Shown here one piece after another: positions 1 to 11,300 of a DNA stretch of 64,000 nt (position 1 is the first letter of the stretch; each line of letters starts with the position of its first letter). This stretch comes from a bacterium (lineage in GTDB: Bacteria; SM23-31). The DNA is taken from assembly GCA_965249485.1 (NCBI GenBank), contig OZ252239.1, forward strand, positions 2,400,001 to 2,464,000, in the 5' to 3' direction. Made by a program: the position numbers and the translations under genes. The notes below the pieces were generated by a model, which saw only the letters and a list, made by a program, of their open reading frames with translations, was not told where the DNA came from and did no database searches.

Positions 1-1
1 A

Positions 2-475
2 TCTATCGTTGAGATTCGTAACGATGTTTTAGTATACACAACCCCTATCCTGAAGAATGGAATAGAATTAACCGGTCCTATTAAAGCAGTACTTTATGTT
101 TCTTCATCGGCAAAAGATACAGATTTCACTGCACGGCTTATTGATGTTTATCCTGATGGTACAGCATATAATATCCAGGAAGGCATACTTCGCGCGCGCT
201 ATAGAGAAGGGCTCACGAAGAAAGTATGGATGGAAGAAAAAGAGGTGTATAAAATTCAGATCAATATGGATGCTACCAGCAATTATTTCAAACCGGGACA
301 TAGAATCCGTTTACAGGTATCCAGTAGTAATTTTCCGCAATATGACCGTAACCTGAACACGGGCGGTAATAATTACGATGAAACTGAATGGGTCATTGCA
401 GAAAATATGATACACCATTCAAAAAAATATCCGTCTCATTTAATATTGCCTGTCATTCCTGAAGACATTGATTAG
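2..475 (+). CDS. CocE/NonD family hydrolase, C-terminal domain (5'-partial)
   Basis: Frame is open from nt 2: SIVEIRNDVLVYTTP...ELTGPIKAVLYVSSSAKDTDFTARLIDVYPDG...GHRIRLQVSSSNFPQYDRNLNTG, typical of the CocE/NonD C-terminus. Confidence 0.9.
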   Translation, partial: SIVEIRNDVLVYTTPILKNGIELTGPIKAVLYVSSSAKDTDFTARLIDVYPDGTAYNIQEGILRARYREGLTKKVWMEEKEVYKIQINMDATSNYFKPGHRIRLQVSSSNFPQYDRNLNTGGNNYDETEWVIAENMIHHSKKYPSHLILPVIPEDID

Positions 476-524
476 TTACTGCAGATAGTAAAGTGGTATT
501 ATTAGAAGTAAAGAATATTCAGTG

Positions 525-725
525 TTATTGTTTCCGTTTTAGTTTATATAAGCCGTACCCAAAGATTATAGCGGTATAGATGAACGGATCACCCCAGGGG
601 ATCGGTGCCGAAGGAGCAGCCGGTGGAGCGGGGGGCTGGGCGAACACTGAATCTATTGAACCTGTAATGAGAGCGAGTGCTCCCAGAAGTGTCATAGTGA
701 GTACTATGTATAGAGAGTTCTTCAT
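525..725 (-). CDS. 66-aa micro-protein: signal peptide, Pro-rich linker and CTERM-like sorting signal (PIPWG + TM helix + basic tail)
   Basis: MKNSLYIVLTM...SVFA|QPPAPPAAPSAPIPWGDPFIYTAIIFGYGLYKLKRKQ; starts 12 nt after the upstream stop codon. Confidence 0.8.
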   Translation of the reverse strand: MKNSLYIVLTMTLLGALALITGSIDSVFAQPPAPPAAPSAPIPWGDPFIYTAIIFGYGLYKLKRKQ

Positions 726-737
726 TATTGATCGTTC

Positions 738-3700
738 CTATTTTATAAGGAGTAAACGCTTTATATTCGTCGTTCCATTCGCCTTGATCCGGTATAAATA
801 CATCCCGGACGCTACACGAATACCCCGGTCATTCGTTCCATTCCATACGACACGGTGAATCCCCGCCTGCTGGTCCTTGTTGACCAACGTCATTACCTTT
901 TGGCCGAGTGCGTTGAATATCGTCAGTTCCACCTGGCCCGATTCGGGAAGTCCGTATTCAATTGTAGTCGAAGGGTTAAACGGATTCGGATAGTTCTGGT
1001 TGAGATAGTATGTTGTTGGAATGAGTGCTGATTCCTGGTCTGTTGCTGTACTGAGTGTTATTGTAAAGTACTCAATATGCGTGCCGTCCTGACTCAGTTT
1101 CGGAGTCATATCTATCGGGTCAGGGCTGAGAGCACGCTTCTCAGACGAACTCTTTTGTGACACAACGGGTATCGTGAAGGTATACGAGATCCGCTCACGC
1201 ATATCGATGGCTTCCTGTGTCCGGTTGTTATTTAAGACTATATCGAAGTCTGAATCTATTGCATCGGGCAGAGTCCAGTTCAGTGTAACAGCTCCGGTGG
1301 TTGACCGTGCGGCAACAGCCATTGTCCATTCTAGAGAACTACCCTGCATGACACGAATGTCCTGTGTGTAATTACCCGGACGGAGACTCCATGCTGTATG
1401 GGGAAAATAGACCGATACGAATTCATCGTTTAAAGATGCAAGCTCATAGTTATCGAATTCATCGTACTCAGCATTGGCTAAATCGGAAATACCGATATAG
1501 GTCTGGCTGTCTTCTACGTCACCACTCTTGGCAATGAACCTGATTCGCCAGTCCAGGATAGTTTCGTCATCGTTCGACCGTTTACTTACGCCGGGATAGG
1601 TAATGTCAAACGATTCCGCGTCCACTGACGTATTGACAAAGAACCCTTCCCATGGTGCTATGGCAGCGGTAAGGCCGCCCCCGGGATAAAATTTGTATTC
1701 CGTACCGGTCCACCGGTAGTAGGTAGTGCTGATGCCACCACCGAGTGTCATGTCACTGTCCCAATCGATAGCAACGCTATACGGATTACCGAGCAGATGC
1801 CAACCGTTGCTGTTTGTCAAACTCAGAGAATGTGATATATCTCCCGTCTCTTTAAAACCGTCAACCCCAACATCACCGCTTTTGAATCCATAAAGAATAT
1901 AGCCGGTACCGTTCTCGATAGCAGATGGTACCGTCCATGAGTCTGTCGATTCAGTGTATTCATAAATGCTTGAATTCTTCTCTTCAAACTTGAACGACTT
2001 AATGTCGTCTGCAAAAATATCGCGCGGATCATCGATGTCGTCCGGGTCAAGAGGTATACTGACCATATTCCAGCCGATCGATATCGGTGATGATTCAGAA
2101 GATTCTTCTATCTCAAGTACTCCAAAAATAGAGAAGTGGTTTGTTTTGATTGAGACAGTATTTGCGACTAAATCGATAGTGTGGTCGCCCCGCAATCTTT
2201 TCCATAACTCTAACACAGAATCTCAAATATGGACACGCATATTAGATTCGTCATTTTCAATTTCAACATCCTGAAATTCAATCGTTATCTCTACCGAATC
2301 GTCAAAGGTAAAACCGCTTTCAAATCCTTCAACAATAAAGTTAACCGCAGAAGGTACTCGTGCAAGATCGGCAAGAGGGATGTCATCGGTTGATACAGGC
2401 CGGACAATAATTGTCCGGTCATTCGGGAGTGCATCGGGCGGAATATCTACTTTATGCTTGGTATAAAGACCGCCACCGCCGATTTGTACAATTCCGCCAT
2501 CGTCACCCATTATAATCGACGTATCAGGTTCAAAATTATTACCTGCTGTCAAATCGAAGTCACTGACAGTCAGTGTGATCGATTTCGTTGCGCTTAATGT
2601 TCCGTCTGTAACCGTGAATGTTATAAGGTATGATCCCGATGATTCGAAATCGGTTTGCCACGTCAACAATCCAGAACTTGAATTGAAAGAAACATCTGCA
2701 TCATCAGGTAAATTGGAGGTAAATGATACAGTCAAATTCCCGCTGCCGTTATAGCTGGGATTCGACGAAATCGAAACAAATGCCGGCTCGCTGACCGTCA
2801 AACTCGATGCCAGATTGAGTGAAAGCCCCACATCGATCGTAATTGAAACGGTACTGCTCAAATCACTGACATTGCTCTGAGATTTATCTGCTGAAATTGC
2901 ATAATAATAAGTAACACCACCGGTAACCGTCTGATCGAGATATGTAGTTGTCGGAACCTGAACTTCTGCTATTTTATGAGCAGTTGTAACTGTTGAAGAT
3001 GTATTCCGGTATATAGAGTAGTGAGTAATATCACTTTCCGGACTTGCATTCCACGACAAGCTTACATCGGCACCTGATTGCTGGGCTGTCAATCCAGCCG
3101 GTTGAACAGCAATAAAAAGGCTCGATGTAATATTTGCTGAAAATACTCCATTGCCATGCGTGCCGATAACGACCAGTCCGTCTGTCTCTCTCGAATCGAT
3201 CATATCGACAACCACATTTCCAATACCGTCCGGACTTTCATGCTCCCATATCGTCGATGTTCCATCCAGTGTCGTTGCTGAATAGAGTCCTGTGCTGGTT
3301 CCAACAAAATAAACCGTTGTTATTCCGGCAGGTACTATTTCTGCCCATCGTACAGACGGTCCGTTTCCAGAACCATCGCTAATCTCCTCAAGATTGCCTG
3401 AAACATCTGTCCACGACGTACCGCCGTTTGATGTATAAAAAATGCTCTTTACACTGTAATTTGAAAACGTCACCATTACTTTTTTTGCATCGGCTGGATC
3501 GACTGCAATGCTGCTGACATATGCACTTGCAGGAAACCCTTTTCCGGTCCAGACATCAACCGGTGCAGGATCTGAACTTGCACCGTCTAGACGGTACACT
3601 TTGCCATTGCTCGTTCCGTAGTAAAGCGTATCAGCAGGTGTTTCTGACATACCAAATGCCGATACTATACCGCCACTAACACCTTCGGTGTTCGAAAGAA

Positions 3701-5582
3701 CAGACCAATTAGTACTTGTTGTGTTATTCGAACTTAGTGCGATACCTGTTAGATCACTGTTATACCAGATGCTGTCACCTGCAGCCATATACATCCGATT
3801 CGTATCATTCGGATCAAGAGTAAACGGGTTGATAAAGAGAAAACCGGCTGCACCGGTAGGAGTTACTTTCGTAAAATCTGTTTCCGTACCATTGCTGACG
3901 AGCAGTAAACGGTAGGTGTTGCCATTCTGTGATGACACAAAATATGATGATTTACTATCTGCAATACCAAGATACGATCCGTCTCCGCTGAAAATATCTG
4001 ACCATGAAGCGGTGGCACTCGATGAATTTACAAAATCGGTCCCGTTGTCCTGCATGCCGCCGATTATGACATTATCACCTGAGGAAGCATGGTCGATCCC
4101 GATTGTGTAAAATTGAGTAGTGTGATAACCGTTGTTCAAAAAAGTCCATGCAACTGTACTGGCGGTATTGTCGGTTGTTTTGCTCAATCCGCCGTCATGT
4201 CCTGATATCATAGTATTCGGGTCGGATGGCAGAAACACATTAGAATGAATATCGGGATGGCGATTTGTATAGATTGCAAAACTGTCTTTATTATCGTAAC
4301 CACCTATCCGTGTTTTGTTTGTCGTGCCTGCCGACGCAAATCCATCTGTCGAACGATAGAGAACAGTACCCCCGATAAACACGGTGTTTTCATCGTTCGG
4401 TTTAACAGTTATAAGCATATCATATGAACTTTGTGAATCGAAATCACCGGTCAAACTGGCTTCGGCCGGTAAATTTGTAGACCGGTCAACCCAAGTACCT
4501 CCTGCGCCCGAACCATCTCCCGATACATACGTGTATTTCCAGAGACTGTGATCATTCTGGCCACCACTGGGTGTATGCGCGAGAAAATAGACAACGTTTG
4601 GATTTGACGGAGCAATGCTGATGACAATTCGATTATAGGAAGCGGCAAATACACCCGGTGCTATATCTGTCCATGTTGTTCCGTCAACTGAGCGGTAAAT
4701 TCCGTTTGTTGTTCCCTCACTGCTAAATGTCGCATAAAGAACCGTATCTATAGCAACATCAGTATATGCAGATGCTGTTCCGGTATTGCCAAGTACCGCA
4801 GTCCACGATGTTCCCCCGTTAGTACTTCGGTAAATAGCATCATAGGTTGGTGCATAAACAGCACCGTTACCTGCGGCGGTGCTGTCAACAACGATATTCC
4901 AGATAAAGTCAAAATTTGAGTCAAATGACTGTGGTGTATTTGAAGCGGTTGAAGCAAGTTGTGACCAGGTCAGACCGTCATCAGTTGATTTGAAAATTCC
5001 ATCACCGTTGAAAAATCCTCCCGTGGCCGAGGCCGAGTTTCCTCTGAATTCACCTGTTCCGTAATACCAGGTACTCGTGGAACCTGCCCGCCGGTCCTGA
5101 GCTAATGCCGTAACGCTGTGAAGTTGCAACGGCTGAGTCGTTTTTGACCAGGATGTCCCGCCATTTGTCGTCCGGTACATTCCACCTGATACGCCACCTG
5201 CGAGGATGATGTTTTCGTCATCAGCATCAAGTGGAAGCGCACGAGTACGTCCGCCGACGTTGAATGGTCCTCTCCGGTTCCAGGTTGTCAATTCCGCTGC
5301 AGCAGATCCTTTGTATAATGCAAGAGGAGTGCCTGTAAATCGTGCCGGAATAGATTGAACGAAAGCCAATTCACTTTCACGGATACCAGAAGGAATTACG
5401 TTCGTTGCAGGATCTCTTTGCCGGAGCCATTCCCAGCGTGCACGTGCTTCCGGATCATCTTTCGTCGATGCTGAAGGTGGCACAAACTCGGGAGCAGAAT
5501 CAATAGTATAGTGGGGATCACGGATGAAGAGACACATGAGAACTATGAAAACAGCAAAAAATAATTGGGAAAATCTGACCAT
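738..5582 (-). pseudogene. ~1,614-aa secreted surface protein (BNR/VPS10-like beta-propeller, FN3, Ig-like, FlgD/T9SS-A-like C-terminal tail) interrupted by one in-frame TGA at 2223-2225
   Basis: ORFs 2223..5582 and 738..2216 are in the same frame (..MRVHI-TGA-DSVLELWKRL..). Repeated S/TxNGGxSW Asp-boxes. C-terminus NQNYPNPFNPSTTIEY...SGMYLYRI. Confidence 0.8.
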
Positions 5583-5868
5583 AAGCGCTACAGGGAGTAA
5601 TCACATTGATTTTTTTTACTGTGGAGTAAAGAAAAGACCTTCTTTTTATATCGGCAGATATTTGTATATCTTCACCTTAAACTGATGCTATAAGACCATT
5701 TATTATCCGATATAGTAAGAAATTACAGTGTTTAGTGTTATTTGACGATTGTAAAAGTAATAATCTATCACTATTACCATTAAAATTATAAGGATTTTGA
5801 ATGTTTTTGTTATATTGAAAATGTAGTGTGATCGGTTAATGGTAAATGTAAATTAAATATACTGGAAA

Positions 5869-6423
5869 ATGAGTAGAAAAGAATCTATAAAAAGTCAATT
5901 TGACAGGTTAATAGACTTTCGGAAATACGGACGCTATGTCGGGATATTTTTTGTTGTCTTATTCTCCTTGTCAATGACGTTCGATAATCTGACATCGGTC
6001 TATATCCAATCTTTTCTTAAACCGGTCGCGTATGCAGGGTATTACGGATTGAAGCTGTCAGGGATTCCTGTCACACTCTATGCCGTCACGCTGCCGCTCG
6101 GCTTCTGTAATTATGTCCTGCCGGATCTCACTTTGCTTGTTAATTTCGGTTGTACCGGAATCTATGTATTTTTTGTGTTTTGTGCTGCCATTGCTGCGTA
6201 TCCTGCCCGGCTGAGAGCAAAAGGAATCGGTATTCTCATCGGAACACCTCTTTTTATGGTGTACAGCGTTCTCCGGCTTATCATTATGGGATACGTCGGC
6301 TATCTGATTCCACAGCATCTCACGATTATCCATTCATTTCTCATGGTTGTCATCAATATTGCATTTATGCTCTGGCTCTATACCAAGTGGATCGAATATG
6401 CGGTTCAAAAATATAGTCAATAA
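5869..6423 (+). CDS. exosortase/archaeosortase-family transpeptidase (short form)
   Basis: Hydrophobic 184-aa protein with FGC95TG, AYP..R.K.IG, SVLR136L and IIH155S, matching the Cys-Arg-His triad order and spacing. Confidence 0.8.
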   Translation: MSRKESIKSQFDRLIDFRKYGRYVGIFFVVLFSLSMTFDNLTSVYIQSFLKPVAYAGYYGLKLSGIPVTLYAVTLPLGFCNYVLPDLTLLVNFGCTGIYVFFVFCAAIAAYPARLRAKGIGILIGTPLFMVYSVLRLIIMGYVGYLIPQHLTIIHSFLMVVINIAFMLWLYTKWIEYAVQKYSQ

Positions 6424-6991
6424 CTTTTTTCTGAGTTTTATCGGCATTGCAATTCTTGCTTTGCTTATTTGGGAGCATGTTTCAGCCCTCTACCTGCAAA
6501 TCCTTGCCCCGATTACCAATGCTGTTGCCTCAGTTATCAATCCTGCGGCGCAAGTCCATATCATCGCTGGTATTCTCCAGTTTGAGTATACCGGTATCAC
6601 ACCACAACTTCTTCAGTTTAGCGTTAAGGATGTCGACCAGATTTATCTCAATTCAGTTGTGTTCTTTACACTCATTGTAAGTTCATTCAGAGTACCGGTC
6701 CGGTTCCGTTTGAAAAATTATGTTATCGGTCAGTTTCTTCTCTCTGGTGTTCATGTGAGTTTGCTGATCATGTATACCTATACAAATATCTGGGATTTTG
6801 TCGGTATGCAGCCGGAAGCATCACAAAAATTAATGCAAAATGGTTTGGAAATACTGTTTCCGTCCGGAATTACCGAGCTGTTCGAGACAATTATTTATTA
6901 CTGGAACACATGGGAGTGGGATGTATTACCCCTGATTTTCTGGCTTCCAATAGGGCTTCGACAGTTTTCATATCTTCGCGGTTCGCAATAA
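6398..6991 (+). CDS. exosortase-associated multi-pass membrane protein
   Basis: Likely ATG at 6398 overlaps the exosortase 3' end by 26 nt; several TM segments; terminal LPLIFW helix. Confidence 0.6.
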   Translation: MRFKNIVNNFFLSFIGIAILALLIWEHVSALYLQILAPITNAVASVINPAAQVHIIAGILQFEYTGITPQLLQFSVKDVDQIYLNSVVFFTLIVSSFRVPVRFRLKNYVIGQFLLSGVHVSLLIMYTYTNIWDFVGMQPEASQKLMQNGLEILFPSGITELFETIIYYWNTWEWDVLPLIFWLPIGLRQFSYLRGSQ

Positions 6992-7094
6992 TCTCACGTA
7001 CCCAACTGAGAATTCTTCGATTCGTACAAGAATTATTTTTTTAAGTGTTTTCCACATGACATAAATTACCTGTCAGCCGAATAATTGCGTGATT

Positions 7095-8315
7095 TCAATC
7101 AAAGTATCCTGATCCATCCGCTAAGTGTGCCCGACATACTTCTTCATTCAGCTCAACACCGAGCCCGGGATCGTCAGATAATTCGAGATATCCATCTTTG
7201 AAAATTGGACCGTCACGTAGAACAATATCCTGCCAGTGAGGTAGATCAACGCTATCAGATTCCAGAGCAACAAAAGCACGGATAGCAGCACAGGCATGCC
7301 CTGATGCAATAGTACCTAATGGTGTGCAATAGTTATGACAAGCCATTGACATTAAATATATATCTGCCCAATCAGCGAGTTTCTTTGTTATGAGAAGTCC
7401 GCCGACTTTTTGTGGATCAGGATGGATAATATTACACGCCTGATTCTCAATAAGACCGCGCCAGTCTTGTGTGGCATAGAGGTTTTCACCTGATAAAATG
7501 AGAATCGTGGAAGCTATTGTAATACGCTTGTACGCTTCAAAATTCTGTCCTAAAATGGGATCCTCTATATACCACATGTTCAGATGATCCAGCATCCGGA
7601 TGAACTTTAATGCATCACTGGGCAGCAATCGTGCATGAAAATCGACACCAACAGGAAAATCAGGACCCAACTCTTCACGAATTGCTTCGAGGATCTTAAC
7701 CCAGGCTTTCATATCATCGTATGATACGGCTGGATTCCAACGATCACCTTGGAATCGGTTCAAATCAAACTTCATTGACTTAAAACCATGTGCAAGTGAT
7801 TTCTGCGCTTCTTCAACCCAGGCAGACGGATCTGATGTGTCGGGGCTTCCGGTATCGTGATAAATTAGAACTTTATCACGAAATTTACCCCCGAGAAGGG
7901 TATAGACAGGAACATTGAGAATTTTACCCGCCAGATCCCACAAGGCTGTTTCGATTCCGGAAACCGCACCAAGATTTTCCTGTGCTTCACCAGCCGCCAT
8001 TAATCTGTGAAACAGGTAATCAACCTGAAGCGGATCTTCTCCAATAATCCGACCTTTGATGCTATGGAGATAATCAAGAACTCCCTCTCTCGCATACGCT
8101 TCGCCTAGACCGTAGAGACCGGAATCTGTCGTTATTTTCACCAGATGCGCATCATAATTTATCTTTACCGAGGTGGTTTTCACATCGAGGATTTTAACTT
8201 TTCCCAGTTCACTTGTTGCTTTCGGCATAGCATGAATCACTCGAGAGTTGTCAGGAATAAATCCTGCGGCTGCTATGCTTGCTGCAGAAGCGACAAAATT
8301 TCTTCTTGTCAGCAT
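7095..8315 (-). CDS. mandelate racemase/muconate lactonizing (enolase superfamily) enzyme with Tat signal
   Basis: TRRNFV twin-arginine motif; SGIETALWDLAGK; YTLLGG; KxxK; D/E/E metal ligands (VDFH, IEDP, GEN). Confidence 0.9.
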   Translation of the reverse strand: MLTRRNFVASAASIAAAGFIPDNSRVIHAMPKATSELGKVKILDVKTTSVKINYDAHLVKITTDSGLYGLGEAYAREGVLDYLHSIKGRIIGEDPLQVDYLFHRLMAAGEAQENLGAVSGIETALWDLAGKILNVPVYTLLGGKFRDKVLIYHDTGSPDTSDPSAWVEEAQKSLAHGFKSMKFDLNRFQGDRWNPAVSYDDMKAWVKILEAIREELGPDFPVGVDFHARLLPSDALKFIRMLDHLNMWYIEDPILGQNFEAYKRITIASTILILSGENLYATQDWRGLIENQACNIIHPDPQKVGGLLITKKLADWADIYLMSMACHNYCTPLGTIASGHACAAIRAFVALESDSVDLPHWQDIVLRDGPIFKDGYLELSDDPGLGVELNEEVCRAHLADGSGYFD

Positions 8316-8327
8316 GAGAGTCTCCTA

Positions 8328-11300
8328 CTAATTTGTATCTTCTCGATTAAGCTCGACTACAATATACGGTGTTTCAACTTCCAGATCAGGATACATTCTG
8401 GCATTACCGTTATTGTCCATTACTTCAAACAGGTAAATAAGATCCCATTCCGGTCTGATATGGCTGGCAGGGATTTCAGCCTGATAATTACCATTTTCAC
8501 CCGTAAGCAGCATGAGTAACGTACGATAGTCCTGATGCTGACTGGCGCCGCGGTACCGCAATCGTACCCATTGTACTCCGGACGGATCGTCTACCTTTGC
8601 AGTAATTACAAGCGGTTTCCCAATATCTGCCGATGATATCGGTGTGTGAGATACGGCAGGAGGTTGATTATCATTAGTTACCCGTACATGAATGTGATTC
8701 AATCCATCTTTCTGTGGATGTGTTATCACTCGTCCGGCAGCATCTTCCGCTTCGATAGAGTAGTTTAATCCATCTTGAACGTGACGTCCCCGGATCGAAC
8801 CTTGATAAAGACCCGGTTCGGTTTGTTCCATTGCAACGTAACGATATCCCAGTTCGCCGCTGCCATACCTAATACGTACCTGTGTGATATTATCCGGTCC
8901 GTTTACAGAAGCATATAACGTAATTTTTTTACCGGGTGAAGCTTTACGAACCGGAACATGTACAATTTCCGGTGCTAACCGCGTGACCTTGATGGTATTC
9001 ATAATCCATGTGGATTGCGTGTACGAATCAATAACCAGGTTCAACCTATCATCCGTTACCGTAGTTCGGAGTGTTTTTTCCACCATTTTCCCTGCAGGAA
9101 CACTGAATTCCTCTGTTTCATCCATTCCATTGGCAACGATCCACATAGGACCGAAATCACGCGGCTCGACGGAACTGTCGAACATGGTGAAAGTCAATTC
9201 ATAGTCACCACTCGGCATATCGGTCATCAGTCTGTGCCCTCCGCCTTCCAGGGGATCGGGACCATGAATGAAACTCAGACCAGCTGCGAGATTATCCGGC
9301 GCACCATTTTTGTTACCGGATCCTCTCGATACGCTTACGACATTGTCACGGGTCAAACCGAAGGTCTGTCTGTTTTCAATCTTTCCGGTAAGACTAAAGT
9401 CATTAAACCATCCATAGCCCTCATTGACGCGCACAAATTTCGCACCGCTGGATATGGGCAGCGAACCTGCCTGCGTATTTCCCTGACCAAAGTAATATTC
9501 GGCAGCAACATGCCGGTAGTCTTGATGAGAGTTTTTTCTCTCATCTTGAAGGGCATTCAATCCATTTTCCAATTTGACCAGTTCGTCTTTCCAATGTCCT
9601 CTTAGATTAACTCTCCCGCCTTCACCCATTATTATATCGTCAGCATATACCCCTTCAGTAACGAGGATAATCTTTTTCCAAACTTCAATTGCTTTTTTCT
9701 CGAAATTAATAGCTTCATCAAGCGAATTAAGGTCCTGAGTTAACTCATATGAAGCATAATTCAGACCTCCATGGATTCGAATTGAGTGATAACCGGCAAG
9801 ATACGCGAGCACCTTGAGGTCGACCATAGTCGAAACGAATTCTTTATTATTATGACTACCTATTCGACCTTCTGCTTGTTCAACCGATTTCAGAATATCA
9901 TTTGAAAGATTTGCGAACCAGTCACTTGTCTTCTGCGGCCATATCTTCGGTGATTCTTTACCTTCAAGATGGAATTTCGTTGCTTCCTTGATCCCTAAAA
10001 ACTGCTGTGTATCGCTCGGTTCGGAATTGATATATACCGGTAGATCGCGCCATCGCTGCTTCTCTGCCCATGATCCATCTGCACTCACTGTCGGAAGGTT
10101 ATATGCATTGATTTTCGGTAATACCTTGCTTGCTAAACGTATGCCTTGTTCAACATCGGAGGCAGCTTTACTCCCGAATCTTTTTTCAAACTCATGTTCC
10201 CATACTTCAGAAGGAGTGTCAGGATTATAACCTACTCTGCCGAATACCTGGAAGAAATACCAGTATCGTTCATACTCCCATGTATAATATTGGTAGTCAG
10301 GTTTCAGTATATCGTATCTTTCTTCACGGTGACGGGCCATCTTCCATGCCAAAGGTTCTGTGACTTCAAAACCATTACCATCATAGAGATGAGTACTTTC
10401 AGTGAACCTTCTGACATATTCGGGATCACCCCAGATCAGGAAGCGCGTCGTCCCCCAATTCCACAACTTATAATGCATTTTATATCTCTTGGGATAGCGA
10501 AGGAGGTCGGCATAACCCGCACGACGGCCCAGCTGGTTGCCCCGGGTTATATGAGTAGGATGGTAGGGAAGGACCATCTGTTCTCCCCAATATTTGGTCG
10601 TTATCCTGACATCGAGACCTGAGTCAAGCGCATCGTCGATCAAGTCATCGGGGAATCCTTTTGCCCTCATGTCGACCCGGATATCGACACCGGAATCTTT
10701 AATGACCTCGTATATTGAATGCCAGAAAGGAAGTTGATACAGCAGGGTCACAGCAGACTCAATGTGCGCACGGAACTGAATGGCATCCATTCCGAAATCC
10801 AAACGGAGAAATTTCGCTAACGCAGCTTCTGTATATTCTATCAAATTATGATCCCCCAAACCCCAGACCTGGTCCTGAGTTGGTTTGGTAACGGGCCCGT
10901 ATACATCGTTACGTCTATTGAGATGCGACCAGAATCCAAGTGTAAATTTCATTCCCCGATCATGTGTCTTCCGTATGACCAATTTTAACATTTCAAGATT
11001 GCGCCGTCTCTTTTCCTCTGTAATCCCTGTAACACCCACTTCGTGAAAACCCTCAACTTCAAATAAATAGGGATAGATCGGTGCAAAATATCCGGCGGCA
11101 GCATAACCGAACGTCATCACAAATGTATTGTACCTGTTTTTTGCAGCCATGTCGAGATATTCATTCCAATAATCTTCGGAAAAGAACGTCCATTCGAATT
11201 CCGACTGATTTACAATGATCTGACCAAGAGCTCTTTCACCCACTTCAGGTGCTTCTGAAACATCGCGCACTTCACTGAGTGGATCGTCTTGGTTTTTTGC

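Noticed and set aside
2223..2225. TGA-to-Trp recoding or selenocysteine
   Set aside because: TGA ends several intact genes here (7095, 22573, 30396, 37965, 47813), other interruptions are TAG or TAA, and the context fits Trp rather than Cys
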